Assembly (NCBI GenBank): GCA_963674745.2
Contig: CAXXDV010000003.1
Span: forward strand, 1,184,001 to 1,248,000
DNA length: 64,000 bases
From: Desulfosudaceae bacterium
Lineage (GTDB): Bacteria; Desulfobacterota; Desulfobacteria; Desulfobacterales; Desulfosudaceae
Direction of reading: 5' to 3'
Part shown: positions 29,985-39,671 of the stretch, in pieces
Layout of the letters: the number at the start of each line of letters is the position of its first letter
Position numbering within the stretch: position 1 is the stretch's first letter
Notes under the pieces: generated by a model
Told to the model about the DNA's origin: nothing
Database searches by the model: none
The model's input: only the letters and a program-made list of their open reading frames with translations
Program-made: the position numbers and the translations under genes

Positions 29985-31358
29985 ATGGGAAAGGTCACTT
30001 ACAAGCTGATACCGTTGGTTTTCCTGGTTTTTTTAACGCAAGTCATTCCGGGATCCTGTTTGGCCGATTCAGCTGACAAAACACTCGTTTTTGGCGCCGA
30101 TGTCCGGCTTCGATATGAATTTCAGGACAATTTCAACCAGCTTGCTTATGGCGAAAATCCGGTTAAAGGATCGTCCAGCGACGGATTTCTGTTGGGACGA
30201 CTTCGGGCCGGTTTCGATTACACCCCCTGCAACCATTTTCACCTGGCGCTCTGGCTGCAGGACGCCGAAGCATGGGGCCTGGCGCTGGCAGACAGTGATT
30301 TCCATAAAGGGAAGTTCGGCCAGCAACACAACCCCGACAAGGATCGATGGGAATTATGGGATTCGTACCTGGAATTCAAGAACCTTTTTGATGATACATT
30401 CTCTGTCAAAGCCGGGAGGCAGCGTATTTTTTACGGTGACAAGCGGGTGTTCGGCCCCGGCGAATGGGGGAACAGCGGCCGCTGGATCTGGGACGCCGTT
30501 AAGTTGTCCTATCAATTCAACCATGGCTTTGTAGACGCTTATTACGGCAAAACCCAGCTCCATGATCCCAACGCTTTCAGCCTCAATCATCGTCATGGAT
30601 TTGAAAGTGCCGGTATCTATAGTCAATTCAAGTCTCCGGTGAAACTGATCCCCATTGTGCTGGAACCGTTTATGATGACCCGGGTAGATGATCACGACCT
30701 TTACAAAGGAGAAGATCAGGCCATGGGCGACGTTGATTCCTGGTACTGGGGTTTCCGGGCCTTTAAAAAGAATTTCTTTGGTTTTGATTATGATTTTACG
30801 TATATTCGCCAGGCCGGAGATTATGCCGATGACGACATCGATGCCTGTGGCTATCACGCGCTGCTGGCCTATACGTGTAAACAGGTAAGCCTGGAACCCA
30901 GGATCAGCCTTGAGTACAGTTATGCTTCGGGTGATGATGACCCGGCTGACGGTGATCACGAGACGTTTGACGCCGCTTTCGGTGCCCGGGATAAAATGTA
31001 CGGCCGCATGAATCTTTTTCACTGGCAGAACTTAAAGGATGCCCAGGTGAATTTTGAGGTTAAACCGATCGAGTGGCTTTCCCTCAAGGCGGAAATCCAT
31101 CAGTTCCGGCTGGCGCAAAAAGAGGATGCCTGGTATCTCAATGCCCAGGCCTATCGGGACAAAAGCGGTCAATCAGGAGACGAGGTAGGGCGGGAAGTGG
31201 ATATCGTGGCGGTGATCAATTTTTTCCCCAGCCACTGCATTCAGGCCGGTTTCGGTCATTTCCGACCGGATGAATTTGCCAGGGCCGTTGCTTCGGACAA
31301 GAACAGTAACTGGGTGTTTGTGCAGTGGGAGTATAAGTTTTCCCGGAAGGTATTATAG
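29985..31358 (+). CDS. Alginate-export-family-like outer-membrane porin
   Basis: Signal peptide, GADVRLRYE, KAGRQRI, YASGDDDP and GREVD motifs; AGGAG RBS before ATG 29985. Confidence 0.85.
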   Translation: MGKVTYKLIPLVFLVFLTQVIPGSCLADSADKTLVFGADVRLRYEFQDNFNQLAYGENPVKGSSSDGFLLGRLRAGFDYTPCNHFHLALWLQDAEAWGLALADSDFHKGKFGQQHNPDKDRWELWDSYLEFKNLFDDTFSVKAGRQRIFYGDKRVFGPGEWGNSGRWIWDAVKLSYQFNHGFVDAYYGKTQLHDPNAFSLNHRHGFESAGIYSQFKSPVKLIPIVLEPFMMTRVDDHDLYKGEDQAMGDVDSWYWGFRAFKKNFFGFDYDFTYIRQAGDYADDDIDACGYHALLAYTCKQVSLEPRISLEYSYASGDDDPADGDHETFDAAFGARDKMYGRMNLFHWQNLKDAQVNFEVKPIEWLSLKAEIHQFRLAQKEDAWYLNAQAYRDKSGQSGDEVGREVDIVAVINFFPSHCIQAGFGHFRPDEFARAVASDKNSNWVFVQWEYKFSRKVL

Positions 31359-31436
31359 TGTGCAATTCATTACCGTTGCATATACGTTTCTGTTTAAATT
31401 TTTCATCACAAGTATCAATACAGCTGAAAAGAGAAA

Positions 31437-31494
31437 GTAGGGGCAACCCCCTGTGGTTGCCCTGGGCTGGGCAGGCACAGGGGCCTGCCCCTAC
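31437..31494 (-). repeat. REP doublet, single copy
   Basis: GTAGGGGCAACCCCCTGTGGTTGCCC...GGGCAGGCACAGGGGCCTGCCCCTAC. Confidence 0.88.
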
Positions 31495-31591
31495 GAAATG
31501 AAAGGGCCTGCCACTACAAAAAGAACAATGATGATTTACACCCGTATTTTAGCCCTGATTAGCTAAGATGATTTTATGTGGGAGACATATC

Positions 31592-32356
31592 ATGGCTTTA
31601 AGAAAAACAATTGCGGCCTTACTCATGTGTGTGTTTGTTATCGGTTCGACACCGGTCCGTTCAGAGGTGGTGACGATTTCGGTGGCCGGCAGCATGACCG
31701 ATGTTTTCAAGAAGCTGGCCGGTGCTTTTGAGCAGGCCAATCCGGACATCACCGTACAGCTTAATTTCGCCTCATCAGGGGCCCTGGCCAAGCAGATCAG
31801 CCAGGGTGCGCCGGCCGACATATTCGTGTCGGCCAACACCAACTGGATGGATTACCTGGTCGAAAAAAGGCTTGTTGATGCTGCCGATATCCGGATATTG
31901 GCGCACAACAGCCTGGTTTTTATCGGTGGAAAAGATAAAAAAGTCAGTACGCTGCAGGATCTGGCCGGATTTGATCGTATCGCCCTGGGCAGCCCGGCCA
32001 GCGTTCCGGCAGGAAAATATGCCGAGCAGGCCATGCGGTCGGTTGGTGTGTATGCGTCGCTGCTGGCTGCAAACAAGTTTATTATGGCCAAGGATGTCCG
32101 GCAGGCCCTGATGTATGCCGACAGGGGAGAAGCCGACGGCGCTTTTGTATACCGCACCGACGCGCTGCTGGCCGAAAAAGCGGTTATCCTGCTGGCGGTG
32201 CCGTCAAGTCTCTATCCGCGTATCGATTATCCCCTGGCCGTGACCATGTCGGGCAGGAACAAGCAGGCCGCCCGGCAAGTGTTTTCGTTTTTGAACGGTA
32301 AAGACGCCCTGGCAATAATCGAGTCGTTCGGTTTTGTGGCACCGGACGCAAAGTAG
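31592..32356 (+). CDS. modA: Molybdate ABC transporter substrate-binding protein
   Basis: VAGSM, NFASSGALAKQI, APADIFVSAN, SVPAGKYA and VYRTDA motifs. Confidence 0.93.
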   Translation: MALRKTIAALLMCVFVIGSTPVRSEVVTISVAGSMTDVFKKLAGAFEQANPDITVQLNFASSGALAKQISQGAPADIFVSANTNWMDYLVEKRLVDAADIRILAHNSLVFIGGKDKKVSTLQDLAGFDRIALGSPASVPAGKYAEQAMRSVGVYASLLAANKFIMAKDVRQALMYADRGEADGAFVYRTDALLAEKAVILLAVPSSLYPRIDYPLAVTMSGRNKQAARQVFSFLNGKDALAIIESFGFVAPDAK

Positions 32357-32475
32357 GGACACCCCCGATAAGCGCTAAGTCGCTTTAATATGTAAAGGTT
32401 AAGGAAAATAGGTTTGAACATCGGAAAAGAGAAAGAAATTGTAATCAAGTTTTTTAAAATTGACAGAATGCCTCA

Positions 32476-32526
32476 TTGGATGTTCGATGTTGGATGTTCG
32501 ATGTTGGACGTTCAATGTTCAACGTT
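32476..32526. repeat. 7-mer tandem repeat (TT[G/C]GATG)n between modA and modB
   Basis: TTGGATG TTCGATG TTGGATG TTCGATG TTGGACG TTCAATG TTCAACG. Confidence 0.8.
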
Positions 32527-32583
32527 TATTCTAAAAACGACTAAGCGTCTATAAAGCACCACTAAAAGAATAAAGGATCGTTC

Positions 32584-33270
32584 ATGCTTGTGCTGGGACC
32601 GGAGAACATATCAGCCATTGTGCTGTCCATGAAGGTGGCCACGGCCGCCACCCTGTTGTCGGTGCCGCTGGGTTTTTTCGCGGCCTATCTTCTGGTTTTT
32701 TCCCGGGTGCCCGGCAAAATCCTTCTGGACGGCCTGTTCAACCTGCCCCTGGTGCTGCCGCCGGTAGTGGTCGGTTATTTACTGCTGCTGCTGCTGGGCC
32801 AATCCGGTCTCGGGCCGTTCCTGGCCACGTTCGACATCCGGGTAATTTTTACCCTCAAAGGAGCGGTCATCGCCTCGGCCGTGGTGGGGTTTCCGCTGCT
32901 GGTCCGGTCCCTGCGCATCGGTATGGAAGATATCGACGAACATTATCTCCTGGCTGCCCGGACGCTGGGTGCCGGGTGGTGGGACACGCTGCTGACCGTG
33001 ATCCTGCCGCTTTCGGGCCGCGCCCTGGTGGCCGGTATGACCCTCATGTTTGCCCGCAGCCTGGGAGAATTCGGGGCGACCATCATTCTGGCCGGCAATA
33101 TCCCCGGTGTTACCCAGACCATCCCCCTGGCCATTTACGATTACACCAACACCCCGGGCGGTGACCGTATGGCACTTTCCCTGTGCCTGGTTTCCATGGT
33201 GCTGTCTTTTGCCGTACTCATGGTCAGCGAAGCCATGACCCGATCGTTTCAAAAAAAGGGCAGGGCATGA
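32584..33270 (+). CDS. modB: Molybdate ABC transporter permease
   Basis: LPLVLPPVVVG, FARSLGEFGAT and GNIPGVTQTIPLAIY motifs. Confidence 0.95.
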   Translation: MLVLGPENISAIVLSMKVATAATLLSVPLGFFAAYLLVFSRVPGKILLDGLFNLPLVLPPVVVGYLLLLLLGQSGLGPFLATFDIRVIFTLKGAVIASAVVGFPLLVRSLRIGMEDIDEHYLLAARTLGAGWWDTLLTVILPLSGRALVAGMTLMFARSLGEFGATIILAGNIPGVTQTIPLAIYDYTNTPGGDRMALSLCLVSMVLSFAVLMVSEAMTRSFQKKGRA

Positions 33271-34322
33271 AACTTCAGGTATCGGTTGAAAAACGGTTCA
33301 AGAATTTTTTTTTAAAGGCCGATTTTGTGGAGTCGGGCAACCGCACCGGTATCTTCGGACCTTCCGGCAGCGGCAAGTCGACCCTGGTATATCTGCTGGC
33401 CGGGCTCATGAAACCGGACCGGGGGGGCATTCGACTGAACGGCCACACCCTGTTTGACGCTGAGGAACACCTCCATGTGCCCACGGAAAAACGGCGCATC
33501 GGCGTTGTTTTCCAGCAGGCCCATCTGTTCCCACACCTGAGTGTCCGGAGAAACCTGTTGTACGGATTCAGACGTATTCCAAAACAGGACCGTAAAATTG
33601 CGCCCGAAGACCTGATCAATGTCCTGGCCCTGGATCATCTGCTGGATCGCAGCCCCAACCGCTTGTCCGGCGGGGAGCGACAGCGGGTGGCCCTGGGGCG
33701 GACCATCCTGGCCTGTCCGCGGCTGATTCTGATGGATGAACCATTGACCGGCCTGGACCGGAAGCTGAAATTTCAGATTATTCCTTACTTGCGAAAAGTG
33801 TTTGACGCCTTTGATATTCCGCTGATGTTCATCAGTCATTCCATCCAGGAAATGCGGCTGATGACCGATGATGTCCTGGCCTTTGACCATGGGCGCCTCC
33901 TGAACAGGATGTCGTCGGAAGCCCTGGCGCGTCAGAACCTGATGACCGGAAGCGGCGGCTATATGAACCTGGTCATTTTATCGGATCCCCGCCCCCACAA
34001 TTCAATTTATCAATACCGGTGGGGACAGAGCAGCTTGATCCTTACCGAACCCGGTCAGCCCGGGGAAAACCAGTTTGAACTGCCATCCCGGGAAATCATG
34101 CTTTTCAAGCGGCACCCGGAAGCTTCAAGTGCGAGGAACCTGCTGGACTGTACCGTGACGGACATTTTTCCGGTCGGCAACCGGGTTGGAGTGGAACTGG
34201 CCTGTCACGATCAAAAACTGATATGCCAGGTGGTGCCCGAATCCGTTGACGAATTGGGTATCACAAAGGGTGAAACCGTTGTGGCGGGCATCAAGGCGTC
34301 GGCCTTTAGAAAGTTGTTTTAA
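33267..34322 (+). CDS. modC: Molybdate ABC transporter ATPase with TOBE domain
   Basis: GPSGSGKS, LSGGERQRVA, SARNLL; ATGA overlap with modB. Confidence 0.93.
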   Translation: MKLQVSVEKRFKNFFLKADFVESGNRTGIFGPSGSGKSTLVYLLAGLMKPDRGGIRLNGHTLFDAEEHLHVPTEKRRIGVVFQQAHLFPHLSVRRNLLYGFRRIPKQDRKIAPEDLINVLALDHLLDRSPNRLSGGERQRVALGRTILACPRLILMDEPLTGLDRKLKFQIIPYLRKVFDAFDIPLMFISHSIQEMRLMTDDVLAFDHGRLLNRMSSEALARQNLMTGSGGYMNLVILSDPRPHNSIYQYRWGQSSLILTEPGQPGENQFELPSREIMLFKRHPEASSARNLLDCTVTDIFPVGNRVGVELACHDQKLICQVVPESVDELGITKGETVVAGIKASAFRKLF

Positions 34323-34360
34323 CGATGGCATCTTTATTTTATCAAATGAAGGGAGATGTA

Positions 34361-35398
34361 ATGCGGCAATGTTGTTTCCATACGGCTGTTGTGATCGTTT
34401 TAATCCTCAGTTGTCGAATAACCGTGTACGCGGAAGGTGCTTCAACGTTAAAACAGGAGAACGTGACGCTCAACATGGCGGTGGAATTCATGGACCATGC
34501 CGCTGCCGCCTTTATCTGCAATGATCAGGGCTGGTTTGAACAATCCGGTCTGAATGTAAAAAGTTATGAGAGTTACAATACCGGCATGGCACTGGCCGCG
34601 GCTCTTGCCAGAGGCGATGTCCAGGTCGCTTATCTCTGCCTGGTACCGGCCATCAATGCGTTTATCAATGCCGGGGTCCCGATCAAAATTGTTGCCGGTA
34701 CCCATCAGTACGGATACGGACTGGTGGTAGATGACAGGGCCGTTAAATCTGTTCAGGACCTTGAAAAAGAAGGCATCCGGCTGGGCTGCGTCAGAGAGGG
34801 CGGGGCTGTTGATGTGCTGTTACGAAGAATCATCGAGACGTATGGTCTTGACGTGGACAAAGTGCTCAAAAACGTACGGCGCATGCCGCCGGCAAAACAG
34901 CTGCTGGCGGTTCAGACCGGGCAACTGGATGCCGCCGTGCTGCCTGAACAATGGACGACCATGGCCGAGGCTTCGGGCTTCAAAATGCTCCTGATGGCCC
35001 AGGATGTATGGCCGCAAATGCAGGGAAGTGTTCTCGCGGTTCGGCACGACCTGATGACCCGTCATCCGGATGTGGTTCGAAAACTGGTTGATTTGCTGAA
35101 ACGGGCCAATGAATTGATCAACCAGGACCCGCGCAAGGCCGCCGAAATCGTTTCCAGGCAGATGCAACTTGCGGGCCCGGCTCTTGTTCAAAAAGGATTC
35201 AAGGCTGACGGTCATTCCGCGATTGCGCCCGACATATTGGCGCGTTCAATGAAACGATTGGTGTATACGATTGATATTGATCCGGGACAGGTCCAGCTGA
35301 CTATAGATTATATGGCCGATTTGGGTTACATTAAAAAACGATTTGCGGCTGAAGATATCCTTGACTTGAGGTTTATTGAAAATGCCCGGAGCCAATAA
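34361..35398 (+). CDS. ABC transporter substrate-binding protein, NitT/TauT (SsuA/NMT1-like) family
   Basis: Signal peptide; ALARGDVQVAY, PIKIVAG, GQLDAAVLPE, HPDVVRK. Confidence 0.8.
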   Translation: MRQCCFHTAVVIVLILSCRITVYAEGASTLKQENVTLNMAVEFMDHAAAAFICNDQGWFEQSGLNVKSYESYNTGMALAAALARGDVQVAYLCLVPAINAFINAGVPIKIVAGTHQYGYGLVVDDRAVKSVQDLEKEGIRLGCVREGGAVDVLLRRIIETYGLDVDKVLKNVRRMPPAKQLLAVQTGQLDAAVLPEQWTTMAEASGFKMLLMAQDVWPQMQGSVLAVRHDLMTRHPDVVRKLVDLLKRANELINQDPRKAAEIVSRQMQLAGPALVQKGFKADGHSAIAPDILARSMKRLVYTIDIDPGQVQLTIDYMADLGYIKKRFAAEDILDLRFIENARSQ

Positions 35399-36152
35399 AC
35401 GGTCCGCCGGATGGGGGCTATTGCCCATATTCGTTTTTCTGGGGTTATGGGAAGTGACGGCGCGGTTGAATCTGCTGCCCGGACACTTTTTTCTGCCCCC
35501 GTTTTCCGAGGTGTTGTCCCAATTTTACGTTTTGAGTGTGAACGGTGTGCTGGGTAAAAACTTTCTCAGCAGCCTGGTTCGCGTGCTGGCCGGATTTTTG
35601 GCTGGTTCAACCGCCGGTCTGATTGTCGGTACCCTGATGGGATGGCGTTCGACTATTGATAAGTCCTTCAGCCCGATTATCAGTCTGTTTTATCCCATCC
35701 CGGCCCTGGGATGGATACCATTACTGATGTTGTGGGTCGGCATCAATGAAATGCTGCCCATTATCCTGATTTTCATCTGTTCCTTTTTCCCGATGCTGTA
35801 CAACACGATTACGGGCATTAAAACCGTTGACCGGGATTATATCCTGGTGGCCCGGACGCTTGGCGCATCGGAAGGCCGCATCCTGTTCCGTGTTACTCTG
35901 CCATTGGCCCTGCCCAATATATTTACCGGTCTCAGGCTGGAAGCCGGCATGGCCTGGCGGACGGTGATTGCCGCTGAAATGGTGGCCATTCCCACCGGTA
36001 TCGGGGCATTGCTGATGAAAGCGGAAAGCCTGATGCGTATTGACATCATCATTGTCTGCCTGACCATACTGGCCGTCATGTGCCTGGCGTTTGAAAAAAT
36101 TTTTATTTTTATTGAAAACCGGTTGACATCAAACTGGCGGCAGAGCGTATGA
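35382..36152 (+). CDS. ABC transporter permease, NitT/TauT (SsuC-like) family
   Basis: PIPALGWIPL, ARTLGAS EAA loop, AWRTVIAAEM. Confidence 0.88.
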   Translation: MPGANKRSAGWGLLPIFVFLGLWEVTARLNLLPGHFFLPPFSEVLSQFYVLSVNGVLGKNFLSSLVRVLAGFLAGSTAGLIVGTLMGWRSTIDKSFSPIISLFYPIPALGWIPLLMLWVGINEMLPIILIFICSFFPMLYNTITGIKTVDRDYILVARTLGASEGRILFRVTLPLALPNIFTGLRLEAGMAWRTVIAAEMVAIPTGIGALLMKAESLMRIDIIIVCLTILAVMCLAFEKIFIFIENRLTSNWRQSV

Positions 36153-37237
36153 CAGAACATTATCTTCAGGTCAACAAATTAACGGTTACGCTGGGAAGAT
36201 TTTCCCTGAAAAACATTCAGCTTTCCTGCGGTAAGGGGGAATACCACGTGCTGCTGGGGCCGACCGGCAGCGGCAAGTCGACTTTGATGAAATGCATGCT
36301 GGGTTTTTTTCGCCTCGGCCGCGACACGATCTATTTAAACGGTAAAGATATCAGCCAGTATCGCCCGGAAGAACGGCGCATGGGGTATGTTCCCCAGAAT
36401 TATTCGCTGTTTCCTCACCTGAAGGTCGAAGCGAATATCCGTTTCGGGTTGTGTTGCAAAAAACATGATGCCTCAGCCGCAGACCAGGTGGTCAACCGGC
36501 TGTGCAACATGCTGGGGATTGACGGCCTTCGTAACAGGCGCATTCGTCACCTGTCCGGCGGAGAACGACAGAAAGTCGCCCTGGCCCGTGCCCTGGCCAT
36601 TCAACCCGACGTGATCTTTTTAGATGAGCCGTTCTCATCCATAGATGAGGGCGGCCGGCGTGACCTCTGGGTGGAGATGAAAAAAATCATCAACGAAATC
36701 GGCATTACCACGTTTCATATTACCCATAACCTGGAAGAAGCATACAGCCTGGGAGAACGGTTGTCGGTCATGCTGAACGGCAGGATTCATCAGAGTGCCG
36801 CCAAAAAGGAAATATTTGAATGTCCGGCAACCCGGGCCATAGCGGCGTTTTTGAACTACCGCAATCTTTTTTCGGGAACGGCCCGTCCGCACGAGGCCGG
36901 AACGGTTGTCGATACCGGTGCTTTCAAGGTCGTTCTTAATCGCGGGATCGCACCGGACAAGAGGGTCGATCTCTGCATACGGCAGCAGGACATTAAGATT
37001 ATCAAGCCGGGATCACCATTGAAAGATGCCTTAAAGCACAATGTCCTGGCCGGCTGTGTCGTCTCCGTGTTCCCCTTTCCGGAATACTGCCTGCTCCATT
37101 TCAGGATTGATAACAGCCCGCGGGAATTTGATTTTGAAATCAAGCTGCCGCCTTACCTGAAAGAGCGGTACGATCTCTTCCCGGGAAAAGCCATCCAGGT
37201 GGGGTTGTGGGAACCGAACATTATTGTGTTTGATTGA
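36149..37237 (+). CDS. ABC transporter ATPase with C-terminal TOBE-like domain (ModC/WtpC/CysA-like)
   Basis: GPTGSGKS, YVPQNYSLFPHL, LSGGERQKVALARAL; about 120-aa C-terminal extension. Confidence 0.88.
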   Translation: MTEHYLQVNKLTVTLGRFSLKNIQLSCGKGEYHVLLGPTGSGKSTLMKCMLGFFRLGRDTIYLNGKDISQYRPEERRMGYVPQNYSLFPHLKVEANIRFGLCCKKHDASAADQVVNRLCNMLGIDGLRNRRIRHLSGGERQKVALARALAIQPDVIFLDEPFSSIDEGGRRDLWVEMKKIINEIGITTFHITHNLEEAYSLGERLSVMLNGRIHQSAAKKEIFECPATRAIAAFLNYRNLFSGTARPHEAGTVVDTGAFKVVLNRGIAPDKRVDLCIRQQDIKIIKPGSPLKDALKHNVLAGCVVSVFPFPEYCLLHFRIDNSPREFDFEIKLPPYLKERYDLFPGKAIQVGLWEPNIIVFD

Positions 37238-37350
37238 TCCCCTGATTCGTGTTCAACCGTTCGTCTTCCGGTCCAGTCGCATAAATAACATAGCGTTAAA
37301 GGTGTTAGGTTTTAGGTGTTAAGGTTTTAAGGTTTGTTATGTATCGTCTC

Positions 37351-37625
37351 GTAGGGGCGACCGGCGGGTCGCCCCTACAGGCCGGGGTTTAGTGTTCGGT
37401 GTAGGGGCACGGCGTGCCGTGCCCTTTTGTTAAGGTTTGAGATCATTCGCAAATGTCGCTGGCGCAACTCGGCCCGGGCATGGTAGGGGCAGGCCCCCGT
37501 GCCTGCCCGGTGAAGGGCAACCACAGGGGGTTGCCCCTACGGATCGGGGTGGGCGTTCATGGATAATGCAGGGGCAGGCCCCTGTGCCTGCCCGGTGAAG
37601 GGCAACCACGGGGGGTTGCCCCAAA
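37351..37625 (+). repeat. REP cluster: single REPs at 37351-37378 and 37400-37424; doublets at 37483-37540 and 37568-37625 (degenerate)
   Basis: GTAGGGGC-hairpin units between convergent genes; 85-bp period for the doublet pair. Confidence 0.85.
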
Positions 37626-37633
37626 GGTTTATA

Positions 37634-38191
37634 TTAAGACGTTTTCAAAAGCGCCTTAATCTGGTCGTCCGCTTCGCTATCGGTTTCCAGGGGCACCCGC
37701 ATGCTTTCCAGGCAGCGGGTCAGCATGTTGAAATAGCTGCAGCATAGGATCAGCGCGGCCGCGCCGTGATTGCCGTACCGGTCTTTGATGGCCATCAGCA
37801 TTTCGTCCCCAAGACGGCCTTCCCTGGTGATTTCGTCTGCCACCCGGCAGAGCAGGTTGCCTTCCGCGTCAAGGGAGGTGACCGGATTTTCTTTTTTGAT
37901 GATATCGATATCTTTGTCGGTAAGGCCGGTCATCAAGCCGACGGTCACGTGGTGAGACCAGGCATACTCGCACCGAAGCACACCGACCACGCGCAAGACG
38001 GCGATCTCCCGCAGGCGGGCGTCAAAGTCGGTACCGGACAGCACCGATCCGGCCAGGTCAAGAAAGCCTTTAAAACTGTTCTGGACCAGGGCCATCATGC
38101 GAAAGGCGTTTAAGGGCGGCAACAGCTTCAACAGATCGGCGGTTTCCTGCGGCAATTCGTCAATCGCCGGCAAGTCGATGCATGGTTCCAT
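37634..38191 (-). CDS. Carboxymuconolactone decarboxylase/AhpD-like family protein
   Basis: LREIAVLRV...CEYAWSHH motif. Confidence 0.8.
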   Translation of the reverse strand: MEPCIDLPAIDELPQETADLLKLLPPLNAFRMMALVQNSFKGFLDLAGSVLSGTDFDARLREIAVLRVVGVLRCEYAWSHHVTVGLMTGLTDKDIDIIKKENPVTSLDAEGNLLCRVADEITREGRLGDEMLMAIKDRYGNHGAAALILCCSYFNMLTRCLESMRVPLETDSEADDQIKALLKTS

Positions 38192-38363
38192 AGCATAATC
38201 CTTTCAGGTCAGTTAGATATATTCGGACGGCTTTGTTATCAGGTTAAATTAATACAAGGGGTCAATAAGTTGTCGTTCACTTGAACCCTGGACCCCTTGA
38301 ATCCTTGAACCCTTTAAACATTAAAGTCCATTATGCTCTTTTAAAACTGAGTAAGTTTTTAAT

Positions 38364-39602
38364 TTAAATTAAAAGCCCTACAACTGTCCCTGTCATGCAG
38401 GTGGCCATGGTACCGGCCAGAATAGAACGGAACCCCAGGGAGACGATTTCGCCTCTTCGTTCCGGCGCCATGGTGCCCATTCCGCCGATCATGATGCCCA
38501 GGCTGCCCGGATTGGCAAAACCGCACATGGCATAGGTCATGATCATCAGGCTTTTGGGGCTCAAAGCACCTTCAGGAAGCTGGGCCATGTTCAGGTAGGC
38601 CAGCATTTCGTTTAATATGGTTTTGATGCCCATTAGCGATCCGGCCGTAAACGATTCTTTCCAGGGGATGCCCATGAGCCAGGCCACCGGCGCCATGAGA
38701 ACACCCAGAATGCGTTCTAAGGTCAAGGGGCTTTCTCCTGTACCGGGCATGTAGCTGAGCCCGATGTTGAACAGCTTTACAAGGGCCACCAGCACGATCA
38801 GCATGGCCACGATGTTGATCAGCAGTTCAACACCCTGAATCGTTCCCTGGGTAACAGCGTCCATGGTGCTCTTGGCGTTTTGCGGGAGAATAAAGTTCCC
38901 GGCGGTTGGAGAAGATGTCTCCGGGACCATTATCTTGGCGATGGTAATGGCCGCCGGAACGCTGATTACCGAAGCCGTCAGGATATGGCCCATGCCGTTG
39001 GGTATGATCCCGCTGATAAAACCGGCATACACCACCATAACGGTACCGGCGATGGTGGCCATACCGCAGGTCATGATACAGAAAATTTCACTGCGGGTCA
39101 TGTCTTTTAAGTAAGGCCGGATCAGCAGGGGGGATTCGACCATGCCGACAAAGATGTTGGCGGAAAGACCGACACCTTCGGCACCGCCGATGTTGGCGGA
39201 TTTTTGCAGGAGCCAGGAAAAACTCCTGACGATGGCCGGCAGGATTTTCCAGTAAAAAAGTATCGCCGACAGGGCGCTCATGATTAAAACAAGGGGCAGG
39301 GCCTGGAAAGCCAGAATAAAGGTTGCTCCCGGGTCGGTCATTTCAAAAGGGGACGGCAACTTGCCGCCTACGTAACCAAAGACAAACCCGGTGCCTTCGA
39401 TGGTCGCGGTTTGAAGAGCCAGGACAATTTTATTCAGCATTTTAAAGAACTGGAGAGAACCCGGGGTTTTCAGCAGGATAACCGCCAGCAGGAATTGAAG
39501 TCCGACCCCGACCAAAATGACTTTGATCCGGACCTGTCGCCTGTTTTCACTGATCAGCCAGGCGATTAGAACAAATACCAGAAGACCGACAATACCTTGC
39601 AT
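38364..39602 (-). CDS. nupC: Concentrative nucleoside transporter (NupC/CNT family)
   Basis: ANIFVGMVESPL, GMATIAG, NEMLAY and YAMCGFAN motifs. Confidence 0.92.
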   Translation of the reverse strand: MQGIVGLLVFVLIAWLISENRRQVRIKVILVGVGLQFLLAVILLKTPGSLQFFKMLNKIVLALQTATIEGTGFVFGYVGGKLPSPFEMTDPGATFILAFQALPLVLIMSALSAILFYWKILPAIVRSFSWLLQKSANIGGAEGVGLSANIFVGMVESPLLIRPYLKDMTRSEIFCIMTCGMATIAGTVMVVYAGFISGIIPNGMGHILTASVISVPAAITIAKIMVPETSSPTAGNFILPQNAKSTMDAVTQGTIQGVELLINIVAMLIVLVALVKLFNIGLSYMPGTGESPLTLERILGVLMAPVAWLMGIPWKESFTAGSLMGIKTILNEMLAYLNMAQLPEGALSPKSLMIMTYAMCGFANPGSLGIMIGGMGTMAPERRGEIVSLGFRSILAGTMATCMTGTVVGLLI

Positions 39603-39671
39603 AAATCCCCTCCGTTTTCCCGTTTTTATAAATAATGAAGCTTATCAATTTTATACCGGATCCCGGCTCAC

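Noticed and set aside
38281..38316. TTGAACCC-like 8-mer tract as a regulator binding array for the CMD-family gene
   Set aside because: It matches the general short-tandem-repeat style seen at other gene 3' ends here, with nothing specific pointing to an operator.
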